Counted from the first letter of the whole stretch, positions 47,963 to 59,814 are shown. The stretch: 63,200 nt of DNA, filler included, from Circinaria calcarea (GCA_051942165.1; 31 parts of 31 records of this genome joined end to end with filler, not necessarily neighbours in it); one strand, 5' to 3'. The notes: generated by a model from the sequence alone, not told the origin. A program made the numbers and translations.

Positions 47963-48678
47963 ATGGGCCAAGGCAGCTCAAAGCCCGCGCCAGCGAGCAC
48001 TCAGCATGTCTTCACTAGGTACGATCATGGACAGAAGCCAATGACTTCGGCTGACTCATTGACCGGTCGGTTTCAGTGAGACGCCGGTGCGCTTCTCCCA
48101 AGAGCTCGTCGATGCCCTACAGGCAAGTCCTGAGGTACCTTGATTATCACTTCTTACCATTTATGCAGACGTTCGTTGCGGCTAACCTGAAGCTTACCTA
48201 GACTGACAGCACCCGGTCCAAAGATTTGGAGCTACATATACAAACCCGAGTTACTGCAGAACTTTCACGCCTTGAGGCTGAGCAGTCGCGAATCTTGAAA
48301 GAACTGGAAGAGCAAATTTCAGCCACTCCCGACGGTACCACTGAATCATCGAATCCTGACTCTCAATTGAACGTTCCGGACCAATCCTCGGCCTTGGGTG
48401 GGAAAGACCACAGGGCGAAAGCCGAAGGTGACCATTTGCGAGATCTAGGTCGGCAAACTGTGCAAAGAGAAATCGAAGAGCTGAGGAGGCGACTTAGTCA
48501 AAGAAAGCTAAGAGAAGATATTATGACTGATAAAGGAGTAGAAAAGGCAAAAGAAGACGTTGTAAGATGCTTGAGGATTAACGATCGAAGGCCATTGGAT
48601 TGCTGGCAGGAGGTTGATACATTTAAGAAAGAGGTTGGAAGGTTAGAGAAGGATTTCCTAGGGAGGATCATACAGTGA
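47963..48678 (+). CDS. MIC19: MICOS subunit Mic19 (DUF1690), complete, three exons
   Basis: Exons 47963-48018, 48077-48134 and 48202-48678; MGQGSS myristoylation motif; C-terminal VVRCLRINDRRPLDCWQEVDTFK. Confidence 0.92.
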
Positions 48679-49076
48679 ATCATCGTTTTGGTATCGGCGT
48701 GAAGAATTGCACTCGACCGGAAATGGCAGCTAGAGAAGGTCCACTTGGGATCCACACAAAGTGCCCCCTGGAAGAGTCGAGTAGCAATTGGAGATCATAG
48801 AAGGCGGCTCCTGCCGAGCACAGATGTACTTTTCTGAATTGAAGGACTTTCCAGTACTCAACAGCTCGGTCGGAAAAGGATAGACAGCTGAGCAGTCTCG
48901 GTGAAGAATCGGAACACCAATTGTATAACCATTTTGAAGGCAGTACTCTATCGTACACATGAATAATCTCAGAATNNNNNNNNNNNNNNNNNNNNNNNNN
49001 NNNNNNNNNNNNNNNNNNNTTAATTAATTAANNNNNNNNNNNNNNNNNNNNNNNNNNNNNNNNNNNNNNNNNNNNC

Positions 49077-50137
49077 TTACAAGAGACGTTGGCCTCTTTG
49101 AAGAGTGGATTGGAAGAATGCATCGCTCTGCTGGCACCAAAGGAGCCCGGCTCGACGCTGGTTATCTCCTCAATCAGATCCGAAAGCGTCAAGGGCTATA
49201 TCACTCGAGTCGGGACTAGAATTGTCAAGGGAGTACGTGTATTTTACCTGTTATAAAACACTGTGCTCTTACGCATCCCATTTTTTATACCATCGCAAAA
49301 CTGGATGCTCATCAGCGTCAAATTTTGTCCTCTTTTGTTGGGTGTCTTATATCCTAATATCCACGTGATCGCCTGATTGCGCTTTGCTAAAACGTCAACC
49401 TCTCAGGACATCCAACTTCGTCTTTCGACCCTACCACCTCCTCGAAATGCTGTCTCGTATCCCCTCCGTCTCTCCACTGCCCCTACAGCACCTGATCTGG
49501 TTCTGAGGCAATTGACATCTGTCCGAAACCTGATCAACCAGTCACTGGATGTCGTCGATATCAGCACATGGACAGGAGACGCTCATGATGCCAACTTTAT
49601 CTCTGGGCAATTACGCCTGCTGTCCGACTTCGTCCAAGAAGCGAGGCAAGCCCTCAAAGGTGGAGATGAGATCGTAGGGAGATGGTGGGAGAATCCTGTA
49701 GACGAAAACGTATGCACGACCCTTCGTTCCATTTCAACACAAGAACTGTGCTCATAAACTCCCAGATCTTCGATCCTCCCTTGCCCTCCACCCTTTCCTT
49801 CCACCTATCCATCTCCGAAGCCTCTCTCCTCCTCTACCTCCGAACCCTCCAACCCATCAACCCCGGCACTCCCACCTCCTTTACCTCGGACACCCTTTCC
49901 GGATTCTCCCTTCGCCATCGTCTCGGTCTCGCCGCCAAACTCCCCGATCACGATGAGACCGATCAGATATTCACCTACCGAGGCCAAGAGGTCAAGGTGA
50001 GGGAGAAGGTACGGGTCGAGAGCCAGGATCCGAGCTTGATGGCTGTGATGGCCAAGCTGAGTGCGTTGGAGCATGCGGTTGGGGTGGCGAGGAAGAGTTT
50101 GGCGATTGTGATGGGAGTGGATGAGGAGGATTCGTAG
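49077..50137 (+). CDS. RAV2: RAVE complex subunit Rav2 / Rogdi family, 5'-truncated
   Basis: LKSGLEECIALLAP...SESVKGYITRVGTRIVKG|DIQLRL...VREKVRVESQDPSLMAVMAKLSALEH. Confidence 0.88.
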
Positions 50138-50586
50138 TCCGGATCTCAGATGGACAGTATTAGGGCCAACTAACCTATCAGTCGAGCAGGATTCGATACC
50201 CCCCAAAGTTTCAACCCTTCTCTTTTCTCGTGAATCGATTTGCAGATAATATGTGGTAGTAATGGCGGTGGAAGGACTGAAAACAAGCACGTGATCCGGC
50301 GTTTGATTCGATAAAAAAGTACTCGAGCCTTGCATTCAGCAATTACTACATGCGCAGTCCAGGCTCTAGATTCTCACAGTCTAGTTTGGGCGATTTCTCA
50401 CGAGGCGAGTAAAACAATGTATGTGCCCGAGAAGTACGAACATTTGCATCGGCGAGGAGTATGTCCTAAGCACAAAAAGGGGTATAAATCCTCCCAAAAC
50501 CCCCCCTGAATCCCTATCCCTCTCATTTATTTACACTCCCCCTCCCCCTGCCCTGCCCTGCCCTGCCCTGCGCTCGGTTCAAATCC

Positions 50587-51003
50587 TTACTGCGCCGCCA
50601 CACTCATCCGCAACTGCCTCTCCCTTTGCCTCACCTGCAACGTCAGCCTTTCGACCGCATAACTCAACCTTTCCTTCTTCTGCCTCATCTGCTTTAACCG
50701 CAGCTGCTCGCGGCCTTGCTCTACCGTATCTTCTTGCCCCGCTTCTTCCTCCTCCCTATCAAACCCCTCCCCTCTACCTTTTGCTCCCATTTTCCCCTCG
50801 TACGGATTCTCGGACAGGCGGGAGGAGGAGGAAAGCCGTCCTTGCTGGAGTTCACATTTCGCGACCAAGCTCCGCTCGCGCCGCGCCAGCTTCTCGAGCT
50901 GGGCCTCGATGCGCGAGAACAAGGTCTCTAGTTCCGGGGTCAGGGAGGCGAGGAGCGAGGACTGCGCGGATGTGAGGGCGGAGTGGGGGAGGAGTTCGAA
51001 GTG
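50587..51003 (-). CDS. SPC19: DASH/Dam1 complex subunit Spc19, last exon
   Basis: After a TAG acceptor: HFELLPHSALTSAQ...LEKLARRERSLVAKCELQQGRL...LKQMRQKKERLSYAVERLTLQ. Confidence 0.88.
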   Translation of the reverse strand, partial: HFELLPHSALTSAQSSLLASLTPELETLFSRIEAQLEKLARRERSLVAKCELQQGRLSSSSRLSENPYEGKMGAKGRGEGFDREEEEAGQEDTVEQGREQLRLKQMRQKKERLSYAVERLTLQVRQRERQLRMSVAAQ

Positions 51004-52904
51004 CTATTTNNNNNNNNNNNNNNNNNNNNNNNNNNNNNNNNNNNNNNNNNNNNTTAATTAATTAANNNNNNNNNNNNNNNNNNNNNNNNNNNNNNNNNNN
51101 NNNNNNNNNGAATCATCCGTTTCCCTCCTCACCAACCACCATCTTCCCACCATCTCCTCTCTTCCCTTTCCCTTCCTTTCCCTTCCTTTTCCACCATCTC
51201 CTCTCCACAACTATGTCATTTTTCCCTTTCCAAGGCCCCTTTTAGTCCCGAAGTAGTTGTTGTTATTAAAGGAAGGGGTGAGGGGTGAACGGCCAAGGAG
51301 ATTTTTCAGGAGATGGAGGAGACGGGGAAGGAGATTTGTGGTGGAAGGGAGGGGAGGGGTTTGTCCATTTTATCTTTAAAAAGAAAAAGGTGGGAGGGAA
51401 GGTAAAAAGTAGCAAAAGAAAGAAAAGGGGAGTAGATAGGGCTAAAGGGGGTTTAAAAGCTCGAAAACGAGGGGACGAGAAGAAGGGAAAACTATCAAAA
51501 AATGCCAAAGAGACCCAAAAAACTCAAAATTCCTTTTTTCTCTCGTCTCTTTTTCAATTCTTCTAATTCTTTTTTCGTTGATTGAGAGGAGGTTGGTAGG
51601 GGGAGCTCTACAGGCTGAAGTCTTTTGTTAATTTGGTTTTGGTTTGATTTAATTTAGGCTCCAGGAATCTGATAAAATACTTCTAGTCACGTTGTGCCTG
51701 AAGCGTTGAAAAGAGAAAAGTAGAATGGGTTGAAGCCATCGAATGGCTATAGGTTTAATGGCCCCATTTACGATAATAATAACCCCATAGCTTGCTCACT
51801 TTTGATGCGGAGCAGCAAGCGAATAAAGATCAATGGCTCAAAGGAAACCGGCCGGGAATGCTTTTGTAAAGAACACGCTTGATTCTCGGAACTTCTGCAT
51901 GAATGCAGCCGCTTATCCAGGAATTCAAGAATCCATTCGAGGGGAAATAACGAGAGAGAAAAGAGAAACCCAAGAATAAAAAGGTCGGCGGATGGGGCGG
52001 AACCAACGTTAAGGGGAAAAAACCAAACCAAACCAAAACCCCCCAAGCACAATATGGATATCAAAGAAACCCCCCCCCTTTTCCCGAATCCTAAATCCTG
52101 AATCCCGAATCCCGGTCCTGCAACTACAACTGCAACTGCAACCGAAAAGAAATACCCAAGTTCCGGAACCGACCGCAGAACCGCAGAACCGCAAAAAGCC
52201 GAAAAAAACCGACCAAAAAAATCGGCAGTTTAAGTTTCAGTTTCTTCTCTCCACCCTTTCTCCCCTCCACCCGAGAACAAAAACATCCCTCATCCTTTTC
52301 CTTCCCCCACGTCTCGTCTCACCCTCGTCTCACTATCCTCTCACTCTCGTCTCACTCTCATCTAGCAAAAACGCGTTACAACCTGGCAAACAACCCGGAG
52401 AACGGAAGTTGGGGGGAAAAAGAGTGGGAAACCGAACGCCGAGCTCACTTCATTTTCACTTTTACCTCTTGATTCTTTTGATTCCAAAAAAAAGAGCCCT
52501 AGAATAGACAGATGATAGATTATAGATTAGAAGCGCCAAGCAACGGCATTCATGGGATTTGAATTATGAGAAGAAGAAAAAAGAGGGTGGGGGAAAGAAA
52601 AAAGAAAAAAGAAAAAGAAAAAGGGGCGCTCTCCCCTCGGCCGAGGACGTTTGGAGTCAGTCTGTAATTTAATACATGTATCTTACGGGAGAGTTTCCCA
52701 TTACATTACACGAGGACCAAAGCAAGCAAAGCTTCAAAGCTTAACCGCAAATCGATAAATTTCATAAAGGAGAAGAATATGGAATCCCATTCTCCCCTCC
52801 CTCCTCCCTCCACTTTCCGGTTCTGTAAGCCGCATTTGCTGTTCGTGTGAAGAAATTCATCGTTCGTTGTCCTTCCCCCGATCCTCTACCGTTCTCCCTT
52901 CCAC

Positions 52905-53042
52905 TCAATGTGTAAGCAAATACTCTACCGCCCCCTGCACACTTCCCCCCGTCCGCCTCAAGGCCTCGATATTCCTCTCAAACTCATAAAACCCCATATC
53001 GTTCAGCTGCCTCAACTGCTCCGCGTACCGCTCTTCCGGCGG
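52905..53042 (-). CDS. DSK2: Ubiquilin Dsk2/Dph1, C-terminal UBA domain (not in ORF track)
   Basis: [45 protein letters not shown]. Confidence 0.95.
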   Translation of the reverse strand, partial: PPEERYAEQLRQLNDMGFYEFERNIEALRRTGGSVQGAVEYLLTH

Positions 53043-53142
53043 NNNNNNNNNNNNNNNNNNNNNNNNNNNNNNNNNNNNNNNNNNNNTTAATTAATTAANN
53101 NNNNNNNNNNNNNNNNNNNNNNNNNNNNNNNNNNNNNNNNNN

Positions 53143-53779
53143 GCTGCTGTGCGGCAACGCAAAGCGCTTCTTGGGCGCGCCGCCGCACAGCAGCAGGGAG
53201 CCCATGGACGCGGCTTGGCCGACGCAGATGGTGGTGACGGGCGAGGCGATGTAGGTCATTGTGTCGTAGATGGCGAGGCCGGCGGTGACGGAGCCGCCGG
53301 GGCTGTTGATGTAGAGGTTTATCGGCTTCTCGCCGGAGTCGGCTTCGAGGAAGAGGAGCTGGGCGACGATGGAGGCGGAGACGGTTTCGTCAACGGCGCC
53401 GTTGAGGCAGATGATACGTTCCTGGGGATGGGGAGAGGCGGTGAGTATTATTTTTTTGGGGGAAGTAGGTAGGGGGATTGGAATACTTTTAGAAGGCGCG
53501 AGAAAATGTCATCTTGGTTACTGTCAGCTGGATTCTGGGGGGGAACTGTCATATCTGGGATTGCGTACATGTGTGCCAGCCACCTCCCTACATAGTCAGC
53601 AAGTCCAGCCTGTTAAGTGATAAAATTTTAAGAAGACATACCACTGTCTCAGTCACGTACGGAGTGGGCGTCCATGCGCGAGGCGGTCGGACATCATGCA
53701 GGCTCGAAAAGGGCCTCCGACCCAGTCTCGACGCATTGTTTACTGCTGTAGCACTCAGCAGTCGGGAAGTAGTAAACAT
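53143..53779 (-). CDS. clpP: Mitochondrial ATP-dependent Clp protease proteolytic subunit, 3'-truncated
   Basis: Presequence-like N-terminus, then [30 protein letters not shown]...[19 protein letters not shown]...[11 protein letters not shown]...RFALPHS. Confidence 0.96.
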
Positions 53780-53939
53780 TGTCAGACACGCGAGCTTGAT
53801 ATTTCGTTGGAGCTCTCGAAATCTCCCTAGACTCATCCCCGGGTAAGCTTCACTAGTTCGGCAGTGCCGAAATCCCTCCCAAACTTTAGAACGCGGACAA
53901 GCTCACAGTTCCACAGCCTTTTTCCATGCCGTGAAGGTG

Positions 53940-55075
53940 ATGAGCAATTGCCTTTTCACGAGGCATCTTAGGTTAAAATATGCTGCCTCATGTCACGATG
54001 TACGAGTATCACAACGCGGTTTTCGCCGCAAAACATTCCCAAAGCCCGCGCAGCCAAATCAAGATGATATTTTGGGGCTCCTACACGATATTCGACAAGA
54101 CCTAGGTACGCCTAGTCTGAAGGGCGACTCTCCCAGTCATGGAGAAGTTGAGGTGCAAGAGGACGAAGATTTTTTGGAGAGCATGCCGCTCTCCCCGTTG
54201 ATGCACCCAAACCTCATCAAGGCTCGAAAGCGGCATGTAGAGGCTAAACCACTGCCGAGTAAGGAGAAGACGGAGTTTCAGTCGCAATTGGGAAAAAATC
54301 CTTATGGTATGTTATAACATGAGTATGCTTTGCAGTAGAGTAACTGATGTACGTATAGCACACATCCTTTCGACTCCGGTCCGCACCTGCACTCTTACAG
54401 GTATCCGCATGCCCTCTTTCTTTCACCTAGCTTTCGGTTTACGAAGACATCCACGAACTGGGAAACCGTGGCATCTACCTCTCGCTCTAGAACCTACCAA
54501 AGAGGAGATTGCAAGTGAAAAAGCAAGGAATCTGAGGGATGAAACAGCAAGGAATCTGAGGGATGGCAATCTCCAGAGCCAACCCCCAAATTCTACTGAG
54601 ACAGTAGAGTCCGGTTCAAATGATTCACAAGGACAAGCGCATGCGCCTGTAATCGCCAAAACACGGATTTCTACTTCCACCACCACCCCAGACTCCTCTA
54701 AAAAAGATGCTCGGCCCTTCCTCTCATCCTCATACATAACCTCTCAGCTTCCCGCCCTAGCCCACGTCACCAACCTCAGATCTCGCGATTACAGCAGGAT
54801 CATCCCCGGGCGCTGGAAAGATGCTCCTGGAGCACATATCAATGCTCGAGATATAGTCTGGCGTGAGGACATGGATACCTTTGCGCTAGAACTGATGCGC
54901 AAAAGGGTCATGCATTTTCTGGGTTATATAGGGCAAAACGAAAGAGCGACTTATATCCAGCTTTGCTTGAATTATGGGAGAGTGGAAAGTCTTTACCAGA
55001 TTGGGGCAGTTTTATGGCTGGGGAATCAGGAGAAGGACCCATTACCGGAAAGATCCGCTCCACAGCCAAGCAATC
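53940..55075 (+). CDS. Conserved fungal protein, RRG8-like (probably mitochondrial), 3'-truncated
   Basis: KNPY|AHILSTPVRTCTLTGIRMPSFF, HPRTGKPWHLP and VWREDMDTFALELMRKRV. Also a 24-bp in-frame tandem duplication (EKARNLRD/ETARNLRD). Confidence 0.65.
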
Positions 55076-55475
55076 NNNNNNNNNNNNNNNNNNNNNNNNN
55101 NNNNNNNNNNNNNNNNNNNTTAATTAATTAANNNNNNNNNNNNNNNNNNNNNNNNNNNNNNNNNNNNNNNNNNNNCCGGATTCCACACGGCGATGCTCAA
55201 AATGAGCATGAGAAAAAACACCTCGAGTCTTTATTCTCGTATGCATATGCCAATCGATCCCGCCTTTTGCCTCAAATACAAACCCCACATGCATCATCCT
55301 ATCGTGCAATCATTGTGAGAAGCCCCCGTGAGATCGCTTGAAAACGCCTCGAATTATCACGCCTAAAGTATGCAATGTGCATGTCAAAAACAGCATACGC
55401 CTGCTTGCACAAAATCCGCCCTCATTTCTGGTTTTCATCGACTAGAACCGTTTAGTGACGGAATCTGCCGCTTTT

Positions 55476-57107
55476 TCAAAGCACTCCGTCAATACTCCTG
55501 GTGATAGGCGCCTCTCCCCTTGTAGCCGGACTCCTCGGATCCTTCTCTGCCGTCCCCGGGCTCATAACCCCCTGCTCGAATACTGAACTCCCAGCCAAGT
55601 CTCCCGCTGCGGTGCGGTGAAAAGGACTGGCGGTGAATTCGGCCGCGCGAGGGGATAAGAGAGACGGGGTTTCGGGGATAGCATCGGTCATGATGTGATC
55701 GATGGCGATGTGGGTGGGTCTGAGGGGAGAAGAGGCCAAGGTGGGGTGTTCGGCACGGAGAGAGAGTGGTTTGGACTGGGAGCGACGGAGGGACATACTA
55801 CTGAAACCCCCAGGGAGGAGAGGACTGGATGCCTTGGCCAAAGTACTAGACAGGGATGAGTTCGCCTGCGATGGATGTTCGACGGCAATCGAGACAGTCT
55901 CATCGTGATCCATCTTCCGTGGTGGTGATAGGCGAGATGCCGGTGCTGGCTGCAGGACAATATCCATGTCTCCAGAGTCACGCCGATACTCTGCACTCGG
56001 TCCTGAGGGAGACCATTGCACATCTGCGGGCGCTGATGATGGGCCTGGTGTGATCTGACCGCTCGACGGTGGGCTTGCGTGTTGTGCCGACCCAGGAGGA
56101 CTTAGGGAAGTGGAGCGCTGAGCCATTGCTTCCTGCTCCGTTTGAAGTGGCGCCGTTGACGGTTCATCGAGTAGTGGAGATATGGGCGAGATTGGATGCG
56201 TATTAGAGTTTAAGAAACTATCGGTATGTGTCCGTGCGAGACCTAAACTGCGCCGAGAGCGCCAGTTTGATGAAACCGCGGGGAACTTTCGAGATAGCGT
56301 CGACTTGAATTCCGAGAGCTGGTAAATCAAGTTCATGTTAGGGCCAATCCACCGGCTTCGCTCCTTCACAGCATCGTACGCTTCCTGAACGGTAAGCTCT
56401 GGGTTTTTAAACAGTCCGTACGCAACGATCAAACTTGCTGATCTGCTGACACCGCATTGACAATGGACCAAGATACGTTTTCCTTGACCCACCCGAGCGT
56501 CAATCAGTTCGCACAACTTTAGTAAGTCATTTCCCACGTTGGTGTTATGCTCCCAGGGAATATGGATGTACTCAGGTGCAGCCTTTGCAACCTTCGGTGT
56601 ATCAGGAACCATGAAATAACTGTCCATTGGTTCGGACTTAAAGGCAGAGCTAAAGGACTGTTGCGAAACAGCTGACGGATGCTCAGCAACAATGTCTGAA
56701 TTCATAAGATTCAGTTCGCCCGGCATAAGATTGACCTGTACCGCTGCATCTCTGACTTGAGGTTCACGAGCTTTCTCTGCTGCTAAGTCAAATGGATTCC
56801 TGACTTCCCTTGCGACATTGATGATGACATCGAACTGAGAAGCTTCTGTATCGTTGGGCTCAAGATATAGATAGACACTAGGCTGGTATATGCAAACAGG
56901 ACCTTCTGGATAGGCAGGTGATTTCACTTCTCGGGAGAGAGGAAGATCGTGATCGTTCTCCTCGGCAACATGTTCCAAGGTCTGGACGACAATAGGCGAA
57001 GAACGTGAAGAGTCGAACGATGCATTTTGCGACAGACTCAGCGCTGGACGATTTTTAGCGGGCAGAGATGTGGCGAAATGGGCTCCAAATGGAGGAAGTT
57101 GCATGCC
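55476..57107 (-). CDS. Dual-specificity MAP kinase phosphatase (Pmp1/Msg5-like), 5'-truncated
   Basis: YPEGPVCIY..VYLYLEP, FDVIINVAREV, EYIHIPWEHN, catalytic VHCQCGVSRSASL and WIGPNMNLIYQL. Confidence 0.93.
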   Translation of the reverse strand, partial: GMQLPPFGAHFATSLPAKNRPALSLSQNASFDSSRSSPIVVQTLEHVAEENDHDLPLSREVKSPAYPEGPVCIYQPSVYLYLEPNDTEASQFDVIINVAREVRNPFDLAAEKAREPQVRDAAVQVNLMPGELNLMNSDIVAEHPSAVSQQSFSSAFKSEPMDSYFMVPDTPKVAKAAPEYIHIPWEHNTNVGNDLLKLCELIDARVGQGKRILVHCQCGVSRSASLIVAYGLFKNPELTVQEAYDAVKERSRWIGPNMNLIYQLSEFKSTLSRKFPAVSSNWRSRRSLGLARTHTDSFLNSNTHPISPISPLLDEPSTAPLQTEQEAMAQRSTSLSPPGSAQHASPPSSGQITPGPSSAPADVQWSPSGPSAEYRRDSGDMDIVLQPAPASRLSPPRKMDHDETVSIAVEHPSQANSSLSSTLAKASSPLLPGGFSSMSLRRSQSKPLSLRAEHPTLASSPLRPTHIAIDHIMTDAIPETPSLLSPRAAEFTASPFHRTAAGDLAGSSVFEQGVMSPGTAEKDPRSPATRGEAPITRSIDGVL

Positions 57108-57207
57108 NNNNNNNNNNNNNNNNNNNNNNNNNNNNNNNNNNNNNNNNNNNNTTAATTAATTAANNNNNNNNNNNNNNNNNNNNNNNNNNNNNNNNNNNNN
57201 NNNNNNN

Positions 57208-57873
57208 TTAATATACTTACCCTGAAGATGGGAAAAAGGAATTATTTTTTTTATAATTTATTATTAAGCTTAGTGGTTAGTATGATTTTAGGTTATGACT
57301 TACATAATTTAGATGATTTTTATATAAATATGACGGATAATCCATCTAATTTGGAACAAAATTCAGGATCTGGCAGTAAATCACCTGAACAAGCTAAAAG
57401 GACACCTAAATTACAATTACCCGAACAATCTAAAGGACCTAAATTAGGTATTCCTAAAGATATTAGTTCTAGTAATTTAAAGTCTGATGTTAGTTACAGT
57501 GAGGAATAGCAACAGCAGAACTTCAAAGACTTAATTTTGAAAACGCTATTAAGTCGTTAAATACAGAGAAAGTTACTAGGTTGTTTAATGAACTTAATAA
57601 AAAATGATGCTTTTTCTTTTCTTTTCTTTTCTTTTCTTTTCTTTTCTTTTCTTTTTTCTGAAATTAAGAAAGCCAGACTCGCAAGATCTGGCTTTCGCGA
57701 GCGAGATAAACCTAAATTTGTTTTACATGATCCATCTCTTTTTTAAGTCTATTTTATTCTAAAAAAAGTAGTTCAAGATAAAGTCCTAACAAGAATGTTT
57801 AATTTTTGAGTGCTAATTTATAATAGATTTTTATATATGTTTATATTAACTATTTGATTAGTCAAAACTACTG
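57208..57873 (+). mobile_element. 3' part of a mitochondrial group I intron in cox1 (site equivalent to 731)
   Basis: S-element AAGATAAAGTCC at 57775-57786, terminal G at 57873 directly before the exon, AT-rich. Contains an unidentified ORF (57228-57509) and a (CTTTT)n run. Confidence 0.75.
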
Positions 57874-57949
57874 TTATATATTAATTATACCAGGATTTGG
57901 TGTAATAAGTACTACAATTTCAGCAGGATCCAATAAAAATGTATTCGGT
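57874..57949 (+). CDS. cox1: cox1 internal exon (76 nt)
   Basis: (V)YILIIPGFGVISTTISAGSNKNVFG. The length equals the distance between the recalled common cox1 intron sites 731 and 807. Confidence 0.93.
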
Positions 57950-59005
57950 CAAGATGGCCCTTTAAATTTATATTTAATGCAACAAACTATATGCAGGAAA
58001 TTAGTAGCCCACATACTACAAACTACTTTCTTGTGTGCAAGCACTTTTAAAAAAAGTGCTTTCATTAAAAAAATAAATAAAGTTACAAGCACAATGAGTA
58101 AGACTCGCATAAGAAATGTAACAATGTTTGTACAAAAAATATGAATATTTTCTACTAACAACCCGCTGATAACCAAAGCACAAAGTTTTAATAACTTTAA
58201 ATCTAACACTTCATTGTGTAAAAGATTAAGCATGCAAGTAGGAATCTCAGAGGCCATACGTTTGTTTTCAACTTTTTCCAGTAAAAATAAAAATTTTCTT
58301 GAAGAAAAAAAATTTAATGAATGATTAGCTGGATTAATAGATGGAGATGGATGTTTTCAATTTTCAAAAAAAGGTTTTACTAGTCTTGAAATAACTATGG
58401 AAACACGAGATAAACATTGTCTTTACCTTGTTAAACAAAAATTTGGAGGTTCTGTGAAAATAAAATCTAACGTGAACTGATTAAGATATAGATTACATCA
58501 TAAACAGGGAATATTAAATATTATAAATACTGTGAATGGCTTAATTAGAAACCCTAATCGTATTCTTCAATTAGGAAAATTATGCGAAAAATATAACATA
58601 AATCTTAAATATCCTGACAGTTTAACATATGATAATGCATGATTATCTGGTTTTTTTGATTCAGATGGCAGCATTTATATTAATTTGCTGTCTAATCAAG
58701 TTTTTATAACCATAAGTCAAAAAAACAAGTTTTTATTAGACAGTTTAGTTTATCTTTACGGAGGTACAATATACCCTTTGGTAAAACAGAGTGCCTTCAA
58801 ATGAACTGTTTTTAGAAAGGATGAAATTATGAAATTACTTGATTATTTTGAAAACAATCCATCTAGATCAGCTAAAAACAAAAGATTTAAATTATTGGAA
58901 AAATATTATGAACTCAGATCAGTAAAAGCCCATTTAGCCGGCGATAAAAGTGTATTACATAAAAATTGGAAAATTTTTATAAAAAAATGAGAAAATTATA
59001 TTTAA
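57950..59005 (+). CDS. Intron-encoded double-motif LAGLIDADG homing endonuclease/maturase, in frame with the upstream cox1 exon (group I intron, site 807)
   Basis: 351 codons open under genetic code 4; motifs EWLAGLIDGDGCF and AWLSGFFDSDGSI; group I core elements ATGCAGGAAA, CTCAGAGGCCATACG and ACAGATGGTCC. Confidence 0.93.
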
Positions 59006-59044
59006 GTTGGAAAACAGATGGTCCACATTAAATGTGCCTAAATT

Positions 59045-59113
59045 AAAAACAAAAACAAAAACAAAAACAAAAACAAAAACAAAAACAAAAACAAAAACAA
59101 AAACAAAAACAAA
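59045..59113. repeat. (AAAAAC)n microsatellite in the intron
   Basis: About 11 perfect hexamer units. Confidence 0.95.
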
Positions 59114-59238
59114 TTTTTTTACTGAGAATTCAATATTANNNNNNNNNNNNNNNNNNNNNNNNNNNNNNNNNNNNNNNNNNNNTTAATTAATTAANNNNNN
59201 NNNNNNNNNNNNNNNNNNNNNNNNNNNNNNNNNNNNNN

Positions 59239-59814
59239 AGCCCCATCCCCTCGGAGGTACTCATCGAAAAAGTACCACCCAGCCCACGACTGCCAAACCA
59301 TCGCCCCCTCAGGACCGACGCCAACAACAAACGTATGCCCAAACGACTGAAAGTGAGTAGCCTCCCCCTTCTCACTCCTCTCCAGGATTTCCATATCCAC
59401 CTGATCGACGCCCAGTACAGTCACCTCCCTTCTTATCAAAGCAGCATCTACGGCCTTTTCTACGACTGCTCTCAGCGACGCCGACGGCCTAGCCTGTATC
59501 TCAGCAAGCCTGGGAATCCCCTCCCGCGTACTCGGGTTGAAATAGAACACGGTCGCAGCTTCTAGGCATTCCGACGCTGTCGCGAGGAGAAGGACCAGAG
59601 TCGCCGTCTGCTTGCAGTTGTCCCATATATGGCACTTGACTTCTTGGAGCTCGGCGGTCTTGAAGGGCATGAAGCTTGGCGTGATGTTAACGCTGCCGGC
59701 TCTCGCGGCAGAGAGGAGCGCGACGAAGTGCAGAGAGGCTTTTTCATTACCGGCGGAAAAGAAGGCGGTAATTTGGGCGTGGAGGGTTTGGAGGGGGGAT
59801 GGTAGGCTTGTCAT
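59239..59814 (-). CDS. Hypothetical protein with a papain-like Cys/His/Gln motif arrangement, 3'-truncated
   Basis: ATG at 59814 in AAAATA context; motifs WDNCKQTA, FGHTFVVGV and VWQSWAG. The ORF is well supported; the fold is an inference. Confidence 0.65.

Noticed and set aside
48680..48975. Minus-strand open frame whose stop lies 1 bp from the mic19 stop
   Set aside because: No recognisable protein features; it could be a chance ORF in the 3' UTR.
29963..51003. Apparent cluster of spindle/kinetochore genes (duo1, tinA-like, spc19) and of mitochondrial-protein genes
   Set aside because: They are on different contigs placed together only by length, so no linkage can be inferred.
51610..51680. 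snR30/U17-like m1/m2 motifs (AGATTCCTG, AAACCAA) and an ACA on the minus strand
   Set aside because: The flanking stem needed for the 3' hairpin does not pair, and AAACC repeats are common in this low-complexity contig.
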